IMG/VR virus record: IMGVR_UViG_3300035670_011224
Coordinates: 32,001-96,000 of that record
Source of the DNA: a virus
Length of the DNA: 64,000 nucleotides
Reading direction: 5' to 3' (one strand)
A model generated the notes under the pieces. It had not been told where the DNA came from, made no database searches, and saw only the letters and a program-made list of their open reading frames with translations. Of this stretch, positions 1-11,655 are shown piece after piece (the stretch's first letter is position 1; every line of letters starts with the position of its first letter). The translations under genes and the position numbers were made by a program.

Positions 1-1
1 A

Positions 2-1552
2 GAATTTGCTCCGTCTCCGCCTTCTGGGGCTCGCACACTAGAGTCATTTAATAAAAGTAGAAGAAACCATCATTGGGCCGGTATAATTCCAGGAGTTGAA
101 ACCGGTGCCGAATTAATGAATGACTACGATAGTAAATCGGCTATGAGTCTTGATGGATTATTATCTCCTATTTCTTTCTATCCAACCAGATTAAATACAA
201 CATATAGTCTTAGTGATCATTCTATAAAAATATCTGGCTATCCTATTACTCCAATATGTCCAAGGTGTGGAAATACTAGATTTATTACTATGAGTTATGT
301 TGACTATAATAGTAATCAAAGAACAAAAACTGATTTACAAATTGCTTGTCCAGTTTGTTCCAAGTCTCAAACAACTGTTATTAAAACAGACAAGAACCCC
401 ACCAGAGATACTGGTTTACCAGATATAAATCTATATAGTTTGAATCCGATCATAGTATCAAATGGAGAATTTGCAAATCCTTATTGTCCATCTGGACATA
501 TTGGCAGACACAGTGTTTTAGCAATATCAAGGGGATCTTCTTTACCAACTGGAAATAAAAACTTTTTAGTATATGCTAATAGTGGCGAATTCGATTATGG
601 TCAATTCGATACTAGTTTTCCTGTCAACAATAGCGGAATATTGATGAATCAAAGATTTTTTTCTCTTAGGGGACCAATCATGTTACATGGTTGGGGCTTT
701 GATATTGATGGATATCCCGTACCTAATGCGACAGGACAACCTTTACAATTTGATAATTATAATAGACCTTTAAGATTTGTGTTAGACACAGGAACTATGA
801 AAAATGATCTAAATCGAGCTGGACAATATGTACCATCTGCTGGAACTAGACTAGGAGATATTATTCCAATTAATTACCAATTTATTAATAATAGATGGAG
901 TAAAATATCAAATAAAAAATCTAAATTTTTTCATCCAAAATGGGGAGAAAGACCCGATCTTTGGCCAGTAGGACCCATAGATCTAAGATGGGATAGCGAA
1001 AGAAGAGTTTGGGACGCTAGTGGCGGATGTAAAGAAGAGGCACTGCCACCGTTCATAGTCAGTAATAAAAGCGATATAAATACATTACAAGAATTTTTAG
1101 ATAATAGAACAACAAATAGATGTCCATATAGAATGATAAATGTTGTATTAGAACAAGATATGGTTAAAGAAGATAATTTTGATAGTACATATCCTACAAG
1201 AGCTTTTATAGACGATTTAGAGTATAGCAAAGAACCTTTACAAAATAATTATAGAAGATTAGTATATGTTATAGATACTGCCGGATATACAGCTCCAAGA
1301 GGAGCAAAACTATTATGTCGATACAACAAAACTACAGGGTTTTATGAACCGATAGCAAAACCAATATTAACAGCTATAGGAACAATAAGTAATAATCAAG
1401 TTAGTATAGAAATGTCTTATGTACAAGGTCGTAGATCTAGCATTGTACCAACATATGTTTCATCTTTTGTTAATCCATTAAATTTATCATTAGGAACACG
1501 AGGATTATTTAATTATATTAATGGGAAATGGACTCTTATATCCACAGGATAG
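2..1552 (+). CDS. C-terminal part of a large putative virion structural (tail/baseplate-associated) protein, 5'-truncated by the window
   Basis: Frame is open from base 2 (EFAPSPPSGART...) into the listed 478-aa ORF; CPRC...CPVC zinc ribbon; abuts the 2600-aa ORF. The structural role is inferred from size and context. Confidence 0.5.
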   Translation, partial: EFAPSPPSGARTLESFNKSRRNHHWAGIIPGVETGAELMNDYDSKSAMSLDGLLSPISFYPTRLNTTYSLSDHSIKISGYPITPICPRCGNTRFITMSYVDYNSNQRTKTDLQIACPVCSKSQTTVIKTDKNPTRDTGLPDINLYSLNPIIVSNGEFANPYCPSGHIGRHSVLAISRGSSLPTGNKNFLVYANSGEFDYGQFDTSFPVNNSGILMNQRFFSLRGPIMLHGWGFDIDGYPVPNATGQPLQFDNYNRPLRFVLDTGTMKNDLNRAGQYVPSAGTRLGDIIPINYQFINNRWSKISNKKSKFFHPKWGERPDLWPVGPIDLRWDSERRVWDASGGCKEEALPPFIVSNKSDINTLQEFLDNRTTNRCPYRMINVVLEQDMVKEDNFDSTYPTRAFIDDLEYSKEPLQNNYRRLVYVIDTAGYTAPRGAKLLCRYNKTTGFYEPIAKPILTAIGTISNNQVSIEMSYVQGRRSSIVPTYVSSFVNPLNLSLGTRGLFNYINGKWTLISTG

Positions 1553-1555
1553 TTT

Positions 1556-4500
1556 ATGCCTCTATTAGACTTATCTCAAAATTGTAATATCACAAATAAT
1601 ACTTTTCAACAAGATTTATTTTCTTATTCTGTTTCGGGTGATAATATAGTCTGGTCAGATAATTCGACAACCCCATATTCTGTTCAATTAATTAATGGGC
1701 AATCAATATTCGATATTGTTGCAACAACAGGGCATTGGACACCTTATATTATCGATTCGGACACTCAGGTATTATATAAGACTATTAGTCATTATGGATC
1801 AATATGGAATAATAAAGACTTTACTACAAATAGACTAGGAATAGATGATTTTATAACTTTTGCGCCAAAATTTAGAAATTGGACCTCCAACGGAACAATG
1901 ACTATAGACTGGATAACAAACAGAGCAAGATCGCCATATACTGTGTACGGAGGATTATCTTGTTGGGGCAAAATTATACCACCTAAAACAGGTAGTATAG
2001 ATAAATTTCCCATTTATAGCAAACTAGAATATAATAATAATACTTATATTAAAATAGACTCTAATATTGTTAGGCGTATAACTCCGGATAGAGGATCTTC
2101 TTACACCTTTTTATCAAATAATATTACATTTAATTATGATAATTATGGAGATATTCTTCTTAAAGAACCACCGGCTACAAACGCAGAAGGATTAACAATA
2201 AGAACAATTTTTTCTTTATATGGCTCAGGAAAAAAGGTTCTTTGGATCCCTGATGGAGATCAGATTTTTTACTTCTATAATAATGTGGAAAAAGAAGCAA
2301 ATCTGAGAAAAGATATAGGACCACGATCATACATATCAGCATCCTTGTATCAGTATTATACTAATATATATAATGCTTTAACTATAGATGCTCCTTTAAT
2401 AAGTGTTAATCAAAGCAGATCGCTAAGAAAACTAAGATTATTTAAAAAGCTTTCTCATTCATTAGCTACTAGTCCATTTATATCTGAATTTTTTATTAAT
2501 GCTTTATTGGATCCATCAAATACGCTAAAAACAGCCGTTAATACATATTTAAATTCAACATCATCTTCTATATCTATCGATTTTAATAACCTAAGAACTG
2601 TTTTGGACGCTATAGCGATAGAGTTTAATACTTATGAAATATCTTCTTTTAATAATATTATTAATAATAATTCAGAATTATTTCAAAAATTTATTAACAA
2701 ATATGGAGCTAAATTAAAACTTACGGGAAATGCTTCAGTATCACATCAAGGACTTAAATATGGAGATAGTGTTCTATATAATGAAGTTGGAGATATGTTT
2801 GTACCGAAAGAATTAACGAACACAACGGTTATAAATAATAAGATTGTTAGAGTCGGTCAATTAAGTTATGAAACTAATTTTTCTGAAGAAACAGCAACAA
2901 TACTATTAAAAGTTAATAATGTAACTAAAAATACAATATATCTTAATAATCATATAAAACCAAATATTGTTAATACAATAGATCCTTATTACGATATTAG
3001 AGGAAGGCTTGCTAGATATGGATCTAGTCTTGGTATTGTTTTAAATACTAATTATATTGATGGTATCTCTAATACTCCTCGAATTATTGAGGGCGCAACA
3101 GGACCTGTTGATTATAGTCCTTCATCGTGGCAAGGTAATGGTTCAGTATTATACTGGAATTATACTGCTCCATTAGTAGAGAATATAGTAGATGGTCAAA
3201 GAACAAGCACTATACAAAAGCCTCCTATTAGAATATATCCAAGATTAAGGGTTTTAGACTTAGCTGTTGATCTAAGATTAAGTCCTGTTGATGCTGCTAT
3301 ATATGGCAGGGGAAATAATGCATACAATCTTATTGCTAATCAATTTATTTGTCAGTGGGAAAAAGTAGAAGGCCCAGAATTAAGATTTGTGGATTTTAAT
3401 AAAAAACCTAATCTAAATCAGCCTTTGGGTATTAGTCCGGACACAGACATATACGGAGAACCTATTGGTAATAGTAATACTACTGCTTTAGGTTTTACAG
3501 CGAATGGACCCGAAGTAATAATGATACCATCTAATTTAGGTAAATATACTATAAAATGCACTGTAAATAGTCCTTACGGATCCTATGTTTTGTACCGTAC
3601 CATTTTTGTTGTAGATGGTAGGCCAGGCATATTCTATAATCGATATTATGAAGTTACTGACGATATGATGCCTATTTATACTAGACAAGAAGGTGATGAC
3701 CCTATTTTAGCTTTAGATCATTATTCTATTGGAATGAATTTTGTTTATCAAAGAGATAATAATACAGGACAGGAAATTGTTCCAAACGATATATTTCCTT
3801 TGGTAACTCAAGATATAATTAATGAATTTTCTTTACAAAATCGTAGAATACGAATTAATCAAGATAATCTTAAAATACATGGAGCTAATTTAGGATCATA
3901 CGCTATTCATCGTAATGGATTATTTACAGGTATAGATAGTGAATACTATATTGAAACAGTCTATCAGAATGAAAGACCAATAGAGAAATTATCTAATAAT
4001 AATTTTCAGTTTCTGTTTTCCGAATCAGAGCCTATACAACCTAGAACACAAGATTCAAGTTTCACCATAGACTATATATTAAATAATACAGTAGTAAAAC
4101 TAGATAGTATTATTTTAGAAAATATTAGACAAGACAACGAGGAATGCTCTCAGTGCTATAGTCTGTACAATCCAAAATTTAGAGCTTACATTACTAAGAA
4201 AAATTCTGCTGATACTGGACGAACAATTTTCGAAAGATCAAGAAAAGCCCCAGACGATTTTGGTGTTCAAAAATATAATTATAATCTTCAGACAAATTCT
4301 GTTACAACTTCTGATATTATATATTACCAATATCCAATAATTAGCACAGATATTGCTCCTCCTATTAAATCATACGGCGGTTATGGATACAAAGTATTAA
4401 ATAAAATAGGAATTACAGGAATACCAAATCATACTAAGCCAACAACCACTAGAAATAATGTTGGTATTATTGCAGAAAGTCCCTATGTATTACCATCTGT

Positions 4501-7500
4501 TACTGGGCATAAATTAGACTATGAAGATGATTATGAAAATCAAATGACCCCAGGACCATTGGGCGGTGGAAAGATAGGTTATAAGTTTTGTTATCAAAAA
4601 TATATTGATCAAACAAATAATTCTATAGAATTTACTAAAGGTGTTTTTAATCCCAATAGTGGATGGATAATGAATAGTAATGATAATTTATCGAGTGTAT
4701 TAAAATTTAATCCCGGAGCAAGAGATTCTTTTAGTTTTGTTGGACCGTCGATTGATAGATTATCTACATTTACCAGCACAGATATGCTAAAGCCTTCGAT
4801 TTATAGTAGTTCAATTAGTATTAAAATAAATCCATTAATAGTGTGGAGCCCAGGACCAGAGATTATGGGCGATTCGAATAAATGTTGTGGGGCTCCATGC
4901 GTACCAGGAGCTAAGGCCGAATATTATTGGGGTAATGATATCGGCTTAGATATTTCTGATCAATTCCAAGCCACAGTACCAGACGAGGCCGGTGCTGGAT
5001 ATCATCATGGATATAGAATACTGGGAGGTGGTTTATCTAAAACGGCGGAGACTAATTATAAAGATCAACAGGATCCATCCAATGATGAATTTAAGCTTTT
5101 TACAGATAAAATAAAAAATAAACATTCGTATTATTTTAATACTGTTGGATATAACAAAAAAATAACACCGCCACCAAGTTTTATAAATATCTTTTCTCTT
5201 GATCCTAGCCAACAAGATCCATTGTTACGAAACCAAGCTATCGAAGAGTTGAACTCTCCAAATAGATGGGGTCTGAGGAATCCAAAAATATTATCTTTAA
5301 ACGCTTCTGATATTGAGGTTAAATTAAATTTTCTAAATAGTATCAACACAAAAAATTTAGCCATATGGATCGAAATGAAACCGTCGGCAGGATCTCTATT
5401 ACCGCCTTTGACGAATGATAACAGAAGACCACAATCTCAATCTCCAATAGTTACTACAAATAATTTTATTGATCAAATTTTTGATCCAAAAACATATATG
5501 GGTGATTATTTGAATTATGCTGATCCAAATTTTCCGTCATCATACTCTATAGATGTATCAAACCAGGATCTTAGTCGATTTTTAATTGATCTAACCAACC
5601 ACAATTCTGTTAGTGGTTCATATGAGACTATGAAATTATTCTTGTTGAATCAAGAAACTGTTCAAAATCAACAATATAATTTTTCATTAACTTTTTCTGA
5701 TAGAGCCAATGCTTCTAGTTGTTTATTTGATATCAACTCGTATTCTAATTCTAAAATTAAGCCTAATCAAGAAATTTTATTAAATAATGGAAGATGTAGA
5801 CCCTCTTATTCTAGTCCTGGATATTCAACAAAACAAAATAGCTATTATCGTAATCTTATTCAATATCATAAATTAAATATTACAAATAATACATTGAGTA
5901 AGTTTTGTTCCAAATCCTTATTTATTGGAGTTTTACAATCTGATAGTTGTCAACCAATATTTCCTATTCATAATTCTTCTACAGAATTTGTTCTTAAAGT
6001 AGCTATTTTGGATGAAGAAGATGAGATGTTTCCTATAGATACTATTATTTCGAGTGATTTATATACTAATTTAGTTGGTTCTACTAAATTAAGCCCAAAT
6101 AATATTTTTAATAATTTATGTAATTGGGAAATTATAATTCATGGAGGAAAAACACCAAAACCTTATGTTCAATCAGTAAATAATATAGATACATACGGTT
6201 CAACAGATGCTCTAAGTTTAATAAAATACGGTGATCATCCTCAATATCCAGGCTATAGTTTTATTGCTGATCTTAGTGATAGTTTATTTTTATTACCATA
6301 TATTAATCAAAATGCTCCTAATACATTTTTTCAAAATTGTGATCTATGTAATAATTTATCCATAGATCCTATTATTCGTAATCAACCATTTATAGAAAGA
6401 CCAAGATTTCCAAGCGAGGCAATTTTAGCGATCACAGCAAATAGAGTTGGGGCCTTAGTTTTGGGTAGGGGTGGTCCGTATCAGGCTTTGGTTGATTATT
6501 TTAATGCGTCTGCTGCAATTTATAACTTAGAATTTGCACAAAGAGAAACATATGATATAGAGTACGATTCTTATACAAACGGCGGATCGGACAAAGTATT
6601 GTTGAATGTTAGTGACGATGGTTGTTTTTGGTATAAGTTGGAGGCTAGTATCTTTAAATTAGACAATACTCCGGCTCTTCCTCTTCAAAAATACCAGTTT
6701 CATAAGGGATCTGGCGATTTGTTTAAGTTTGATTTTGAAATTATAAATCAGAAAAAAGATTTGATAGATGAAAGTTTTATAGATAATTTTATTGATGAAC
6801 AATCGTGCCAAGACAGCACGTCTGTAGAATGTAATCCGAATAATATTCCAACCATAGATCTATTAAATAATAATGAATATATATCATACAATAAAGTATT
6901 AGCTTTTAATAATATTTTTCAATATTTAAATAATACATCATATGAAATTATATCAATAGATAATTCTATAGCATATGATCTATTCGATAGAAACGATATA
7001 GTAAGATTAACAAATTGTTCTCTAGAAAATGATAACTCTGATATACCTATTAGAGTAGTTGCAAAATCTTTAATTTATAAAGACAATTCTTATAAAACTA
7101 TTTTAGTTCTATACAAAGGATCTGCTGTGATACCATGTGGTCAAATAAGAGTACCAAATAATATTATTATTGTTTATGCCAGCAATAATACACATTATAG
7201 TTTAAATAAAATTAGTCCAATTTCTGATATGGGATTACATGTAGATAGATTTCCAAAACCGGATCAAATGAATACGTTTTCCACTAACAGTATCGGATCT
7301 TATGGCGACGGCTCTGTTGTTAAAGAAAAAAATATATTATCAGATACAATTAGTTTATATAGCCTGGAGCCACTATATGAATTGTTAAATAATCATAAGC
7401 ACGATAAATTGTTTTATAATTCTTTATTTTTAAATGGGTCCGGGATTGATCCGTCCTCTATAAAAGCGTATCCTGCATACTACAATACATCTAATATTAA

Positions 7501-9358
7501 TAGCAATAGTATTAAGAATTCTTTTTATTATATTCAACAAGATAGTGTGCAAAACATTGAAAATCTTTTAGATAATAATCATAATACATTAAAAGACAAT
7601 AAAACCTATTTAAAAGATAAATCATATAATATACTATATCTTAAAATTTCTGATACTAATAATTTTATATCTAGTTTACCAACAGGTATAGTAGGAGATA
7701 TACAAATAGAAAATAGCTATACTTATAAAGAAACAATAGAAAAATTAACAGATACGGAATTCTCCACATTAACTAGTAGACTAGCGGTAATAAATATGGA
7801 AAAGATACAATCTTTGGACAATCTAGTTGGAAATACAAGAAGCACAGCATCTATTTTGAATAGTGATTCTATTAAATACATACAAGACCATTACTCTGCT
7901 ATAGAAGACGATCCAGCAAATTGTGGTAATTTGTGTTATAAAAAACAAACACTTAATAAATTAAGAAAATTATACACAGAACGTAGCGAGATACTGAAAC
8001 TATTAGAAGATCAAGGAATTAAAAAAGCCAAAATTTATGTTAGAGAAAATGATGGACCCATAGAGGGCGAAATATTATATGATGATTTTGGTAGTCAAAA
8101 AATTAAGCTCAATAATAGTCAAGAATTTGATAAAAATTCTATTTTTAAGATAGAATATTTCTATATACCTAATCCAGAAAAAAATATATATACGACAACT
8201 AGTGGTGGTATTTTACCGAATCAAAAAGCTATTATTACATCTAATATAGATGGATCGATTAATATAGTATATAATAATTTAACTAAAAATAAATACTGGA
8301 TTAATATCGATCCTAGACAATCATGCAGTATAGCAGAAGAACTTAGACCGAAGGTTTTAAAAGCAACCTATTATAGAGTAGATTTAACCAATCCTCCATC
8401 GGAGACTAGAAGAAACTTAAATGCCAACAATAATATTTCTCCAGATTTCTTATATAAGGGTGGAAACGTATTTTTTGGCGATGTCAAAGTGTATAACGGC
8501 CCTTTTAGTTTTACTTATTTGGAGAAGGGGGCTGATTTGAACTTGGCCGGTCAGGCTAATGCTTATGCTGGTATTCCTGTTGAAAGCAACACAATAGAAT
8601 TAGACACCTCTGGTCCAATAGCAACAAAAAAAACAGAAATAGAAAATCAATTTGCTGGTAAAATTTATGGATGGAAAGAAAAATTTGTTGAAAGAAGATT
8701 TAGAATTCATAATGATAAAGCCATCGATAGTATTCTTGATGATAATGAATTTATAATTAGGGTTTTAGAAGTGTATGATGTTGCTATAACTAGATTAGAA
8801 TTTTTTTCCGATCTTAGTATTTCGGATTTGGTTTCACAAAATATTGTTGAAAATGATTTTTCAGCAGATGTTGGTGGTGGTCTATTAAATGGCTTATCCA
8901 CCGACACAAAAAATAGAAGACCGACGAGAGTGTATAACATATTTAATATGAATAATCTATCAAGTCTTAAAGTACAATTTCGTAAAACTCCTAGATTAAT
9001 TAGAGGCGTAGATCTTGCTGGTACCGTACTGAGATATGGAAGCAACACAAGCTACAGGCCACAATCTATTGTTCCGGCAGAAGCTCCAAATGACGTATTC
9101 AGTATAGCTAATTTGAATCAACCATCATTAATAAATAATATGTATTGTTGGCATTGCTATCAGTTAGAACCAGAGACATATCGTATTATTTCGGCAGAAA
9201 CACCACCTATTTTTCAGCATATGAACGAAATGTGGTTTAGATCATTTTATGGAAGTGCAGATAATATTGAAGTCAAAGGAAAGGTTATGAAGAGTCAATA
9301 TGACTGGGAAACAATTCCTTTCGAATACTTCACCAAAAGGATAGAAAATTCCGAATAA
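1556..9358 (+). CDS. Giant (2600 aa) putative virion structural protein
   Basis: Uninterrupted ORF, Asn/Ile/Ser-rich; PKD/Ig-like segment (CQWEKVEGP...GKYTIKCTV); no enzyme motifs recognised. Confidence 0.55.
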   Translation: MPLLDLSQNCNITNNTFQQDLFSYSVSGDNIVWSDNSTTPYSVQLINGQSIFDIVATTGHWTPYIIDSDTQVLYKTISHYGSIWNNKDFTTNRLGIDDFITFAPKFRNWTSNGTMTIDWITNRARSPYTVYGGLSCWGKIIPPKTGSIDKFPIYSKLEYNNNTYIKIDSNIVRRITPDRGSSYTFLSNNITFNYDNYGDILLKEPPATNAEGLTIRTIFSLYGSGKKVLWIPDGDQIFYFYNNVEKEANLRKDIGPRSYISASLYQYYTNIYNALTIDAPLISVNQSRSLRKLRLFKKLSHSLATSPFISEFFINALLDPSNTLKTAVNTYLNSTSSSISIDFNNLRTVLDAIAIEFNTYEISSFNNIINNNSELFQKFINKYGAKLKLTGNASVSHQGLKYGDSVLYNEVGDMFVPKELTNTTVINNKIVRVGQLSYETNFSEETATILLKVNNVTKNTIYLNNHIKPNIVNTIDPYYDIRGRLARYGSSLGIVLNTNYIDGISNTPRIIEGATGPVDYSPSSWQGNGSVLYWNYTAPLVENIVDGQRTSTIQKPPIRIYPRLRVLDLAVDLRLSPVDAAIYGRGNNAYNLIANQFICQWEKVEGPELRFVDFNKKPNLNQPLGISPDTDIYGEPIGNSNTTALGFTANGPEVIMIPSNLGKYTIKCTVNSPYGSYVLYRTIFVVDGRPGIFYNRYYEVTDDMMPIYTRQEGDDPILALDHYSIGMNFVYQRDNNTGQEIVPNDIFPLVTQDIINEFSLQNRRIRINQDNLKIHGANLGSYAIHRNGLFTGIDSEYYIETVYQNERPIEKLSNNNFQFLFSESEPIQPRTQDSSFTIDYILNNTVVKLDSIILENIRQDNEECSQCYSLYNPKFRAYITKKNSADTGRTIFERSRKAPDDFGVQKYNYNLQTNSVTTSDIIYYQYPIISTDIAPPIKSYGGYGYKVLNKIGITGIPNHTKPTTTRNNVGIIAESPYVLPSVTGHKLDYEDDYENQMTPGPLGGGKIGYKFCYQKYIDQTNNSIEFTKGVFNPNSGWIMNSNDNLSSVLKFNPGARDSFSFVGPSIDRLSTFTSTDMLKPSIYSSSISIKINPLIVWSPGPEIMGDSNKCCGAPCVPGAKAEYYWGNDIGLDISDQFQATVPDEAGAGYHHGYRILGGGLSKTAETNYKDQQDPSNDEFKLFTDKIKNKHSYYFNTVGYNKKITPPPSFINIFSLDPSQQDPLLRNQAIEELNSPNRWGLRNPKILSLNASDIEVKLNFLNSINTKNLAIWIEMKPSAGSLLPPLTNDNRRPQSQSPIVTTNNFIDQIFDPKTYMGDYLNYADPNFPSSYSIDVSNQDLSRFLIDLTNHNSVSGSYETMKLFLLNQETVQNQQYNFSLTFSDRANASSCLFDINSYSNSKIKPNQEILLNNGRCRPSYSSPGYSTKQNSYYRNLIQYHKLNITNNTLSKFCSKSLFIGVLQSDSCQPIFPIHNSSTEFVLKVAILDEEDEMFPIDTIISSDLYTNLVGSTKLSPNNIFNNLCNWEIIIHGGKTPKPYVQSVNNIDTYGSTDALSLIKYGDHPQYPGYSFIADLSDSLFLLPYINQNAPNTFFQNCDLCNNLSIDPIIRNQPFIERPRFPSEAILAITANRVGALVLGRGGPYQALVDYFNASAAIYNLEFAQRETYDIEYDSYTNGGSDKVLLNVSDDGCFWYKLEASIFKLDNTPALPLQKYQFHKGSGDLFKFDFEIINQKKDLIDESFIDNFIDEQSCQDSTSVECNPNNIPTIDLLNNNEYISYNKVLAFNNIFQYLNNTSYEIISIDNSIAYDLFDRNDIVRLTNCSLENDNSDIPIRVVAKSLIYKDNSYKTILVLYKGSAVIPCGQIRVPNNIIIVYASNNTHYSLNKISPISDMGLHVDRFPKPDQMNTFSTNSIGSYGDGSVVKEKNILSDTISLYSLEPLYELLNNHKHDKLFYNSLFLNGSGIDPSSIKAYPAYYNTSNINSNSIKNSFYYIQQDSVQNIENLLDNNHNTLKDNKTYLKDKSYNILYLKISDTNNFISSLPTGIVGDIQIENSYTYKETIEKLTDTEFSTLTSRLAVINMEKIQSLDNLVGNTRSTASILNSDSIKYIQDHYSAIEDDPANCGNLCYKKQTLNKLRKLYTERSEILKLLEDQGIKKAKIYVRENDGPIEGEILYDDFGSQKIKLNNSQEFDKNSIFKIEYFYIPNPEKNIYTTTSGGILPNQKAIITSNIDGSINIVYNNLTKNKYWINIDPRQSCSIAEELRPKVLKATYYRVDLTNPPSETRRNLNANNNISPDFLYKGGNVFFGDVKVYNGPFSFTYLEKGADLNLAGQANAYAGIPVESNTIELDTSGPIATKKTEIENQFAGKIYGWKEKFVERRFRIHNDKAIDSILDDNEFIIRVLEVYDVAITRLEFFSDLSISDLVSQNIVENDFSADVGGGLLNGLSTDTKNRRPTRVYNIFNMNNLSSLKVQFRKTPRLIRGVDLAGTVLRYGSNTSYRPQSIVPAEAPNDVFSIANLNQPSLINNMYCWHCYQLEPETYRIISAETPPIFQHMNEMWFRSFYGSADNIEVKGKVMKSQYDWETIPFEYFTKRIENSE

Positions 9359-9361
9359 GTA

Positions 9362-9685
9362 CTATTCTTTATCTTTAGTCCACTTATGCCATCCACTGTG
9401 TGGCAAATAATTGCCGTTATCGTCTTTACGTTTGGGAAATAAAGTACCACCCTTTTTGTGTTGACCAAAGGCTAAAACTGCTCCACAATCAGAGCATCTT
9501 AATTCATAATAATCATTTCCATCAACATTTCTAACAACAAATTTAATATTAGTACTACCACACATTCCACACTTGGCTTCTCCAAAAATTTCTTGGATTA
9601 AAGCAAGCTCTTTGAATATTTCTTTTTGTCCGCTGCCTTCTAATTCAAATTGTAATTTATCATTAGCTTTATATAGTACTTTCAT
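9362..9685 (-). CDS. Zinc-ribbon hypothetical protein
   Basis: CGMC...CSDC; last gene of the minus-strand replication operon. Confidence 0.6.
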   Translation of the reverse strand: MKVLYKANDKLQFELEGSGQKEIFKELALIQEIFGEAKCGMCGSTNIKFVVRNVDGNDYYELRCSDCGAVLAFGQHKKGGTLFPKRKDDNGNYLPHSGWHKWTKDKE

Positions 9686-9688
9686 AAA

Positions 9689-10417
9689 TTATTTCCATTC
9701 GTTAGAGTAGCCTAAAATATCTTGTGGTATACTATCAATATTTTGTTGGTATTTTGATAATAATCTTATTATATCAACAGCGCTCTCGTGTGTCAAACTA
9801 TAAATATTCTTAGTTTCCATATTATTTTGTTCTAATAATTTGACAACATTAATATTTAATCTCTGAGCTAAAACATCTATGAAATTAATTTGTTGATTAC
9901 TAATCTTATTTACTGTGTTTTGATCAGGATGATCTTCTATATCTTTTGATAGCTCTTCGGCTGCTACTACTTTGCGTAATCTTAATGCTCTTCTTAAGGC
10001 TCTTCCTTCTGCTCTAGTTTCCGCAACTGCCACTGGATGATTGCGGTATATTTTGTCGCAGTTGCCCCAATAAACGTCTGCGGAGCCGTCCACAGACACA
10101 ATATTTAAACCGTTTAAGTCCTGAACGGTTGGATTTAAACAGTACGCTAGAGAGTGTATAACTGTTGCTCTTTTTTCATTTTCTGGACTAGGAGATTGAA
10201 CAACCGAGCTTGTTGACGATATTAATCTACAATTTAGTACAGTTTCGAAAATACGTCTTAAACCATCAGTTGTTGGATTACCAGCAATCTTTTCGTCATC
10301 CGATAAAAGTCCAAGAACATAATCTGTCCAATCTAAGTCAGCAATAGTTGGAATTTTCTTTTCAACGATATTATCTTCAGTAGTCTCAATCGTTTCGTTC
10401 TTATCTTTTTTAGCCAT
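9689..10417 (-). CDS. Putative Rad52/Sak-like single-strand annealing protein
   Basis: AETRAEGRALRRAL resembles the ETxAxGRAL helix of Rad52-fold phage annealases; recombination context. Confidence 0.5.
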   Translation of the reverse strand: MAKKDKNETIETTEDNIVEKKIPTIADLDWTDYVLGLLSDDEKIAGNPTTDGLRRIFETVLNCRLISSTSSVVQSPSPENEKRATVIHSLAYCLNPTVQDLNGLNIVSVDGSADVYWGNCDKIYRNHPVAVAETRAEGRALRRALRLRKVVAAEELSKDIEDHPDQNTVNKISNQQINFIDVLAQRLNINVVKLLEQNNMETKNIYSLTHESAVDIIRLLSKYQQNIDSIPQDILGYSNEWK

Positions 10418-11222
10418 TGGTGTCCTTTATAGTAAATTTCTGTTGCCCAGAAATAAGGTTGGAATGATTTGTTTTTATAATTTGGAGTATTTGATCATAA
10501 ATTAAGAAGGCGCGAGCATCAGAATAATCTTTGGTTTGTATGATCCTCAATAAATTCCATCCTTTACCAATTATTAGTCCTTCTTTTTTATTATCGTAAT
10601 TTTTATTTCTTTTTAATGATTCTTGGCCCCAAACAGGGGTGAAGTGAGACGGACCATCGACCTCTATCGCTAGGTTTATACTAGGAACGAACAGATCAAT
10701 CTGCAACCTCGTATTCACCAGAGTTTGTTCTTTATGAAATTCTACTTTATATCCGTCGTTTAATAGTCTTTTATGTAGATATTTTTCTAGTTTTGATCCC
10801 ACTTTACTAGTGGCTCTGACCGCGGTATTAGCAGATTTAAGGATGTTCTCTTTTGTATTATCGTCTAAGTTTTCCCAATTTTGTTTAGCTTGAAGTTTTC
10901 TTTTTTGTATTTCATCATCTTCTAGATTTTCCCATGCATTCAATACGCCCATACCTATCTTTTGTTTTGTGTCTTGAGATCTTTCTTTACCTTTTGTCGG
11001 ATGTGAGTGTTTACCAGTTTTTAGAGCATTTTTTTGAGCTTCGCTTTTATCTCGTATTTTAATATTTAATTTTTTAGCATCCCTCCTTATTCTATTAGCG
11101 TACGTATCATACATAACAGCTATATCTGCAAAACTTTTTCCCTGTTCAGAATATAGGGACAGAATTAAGTCTTTTTTGTCTTGGTCAGACAAATTATCAT
11201 AAGATGTGTTGTATTTTTTCAT
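10410..11222 (-). CDS. DUF559/Vsr-like PD-(D/E)xK endonuclease with N-terminal HTH and NUMOD3-like DNA-binding segments (homing-endonuclease-like)
   Basis: IDLFVPSINLAIEVDGPSH motif; HPTKGKERSQDTKQKIG is NUMOD3-like. Confidence 0.7.
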   Translation of the reverse strand: MKKYNTSYDNLSDQDKKDLILSLYSEQGKSFADIAVMYDTYANRIRRDAKKLNIKIRDKSEAQKNALKTGKHSHPTKGKERSQDTKQKIGMGVLNAWENLEDDEIQKRKLQAKQNWENLDDNTKENILKSANTAVRATSKVGSKLEKYLHKRLLNDGYKVEFHKEQTLVNTRLQIDLFVPSINLAIEVDGPSHFTPVWGQESLKRNKNYDNKKEGLIIGKGWNLLRIIQTKDYSDARAFLIYDQILQIIKTNHSNLISGQQKFTIKDTNG

Positions 11223-11655
11223 AATCGAAATGCTCCATAGTATCTAATGGTTTTTTCCAACATATTTCATATATATCATATAGGTATTTGTTTGTTGTTA
11301 CAAAATCCAACTTATTATCATAAATTTTTGACCATTCGCTATAAAAATTTTCTCTATTTTTAATCCAAGGCATATCATTACAATATAGTACCTTTTTATC
11401 AATATTTGTAAAGTTTTTGCTAACTATAATTCCTATAAGATCGAACAGCCATAAATCTCCACTAAAAAATTTTGCATGACTTAGATGAAGAATTGGTATG
11501 TTATATGTTATGATTTTATCACAAGTACTATTAAATATTACTATATTTTTATAGGGATTATTTTTTATTAATAGAGAAATTTGCTTTAATATACTATCAT
11601 AGTAGTCTGTATTCTCTATCGTCGTAAGAAGAAAACCTAGGTTATTTTTTATCAC
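11197..11655 (-). CDS. Hypothetical protein (possible degenerate glycosyltransferase domain)
   Basis: 152-aa ORF overlapping both neighbours within the GT-like block. Confidence 0.4.
   Translation of the reverse strand: MIKNNLGFLLTTIENTDYYDSILKQISLLIKNNPYKNIVIFNSTCDKIITYNIPILHLSHAKFFSGDLWLFDLIGIIVSKNFTNIDKKVLYCNDMPWIKNRENFYSEWSKIYDNKLDFVTTNKYLYDIYEICWKKPLDTMEHFDYEKIQHIL

Noticed and set aside
931-9048. Short minus-strand ORFs inside the two large plus-strand genes
   Set aside because: Fully nested antisense ORFs with no motifs.
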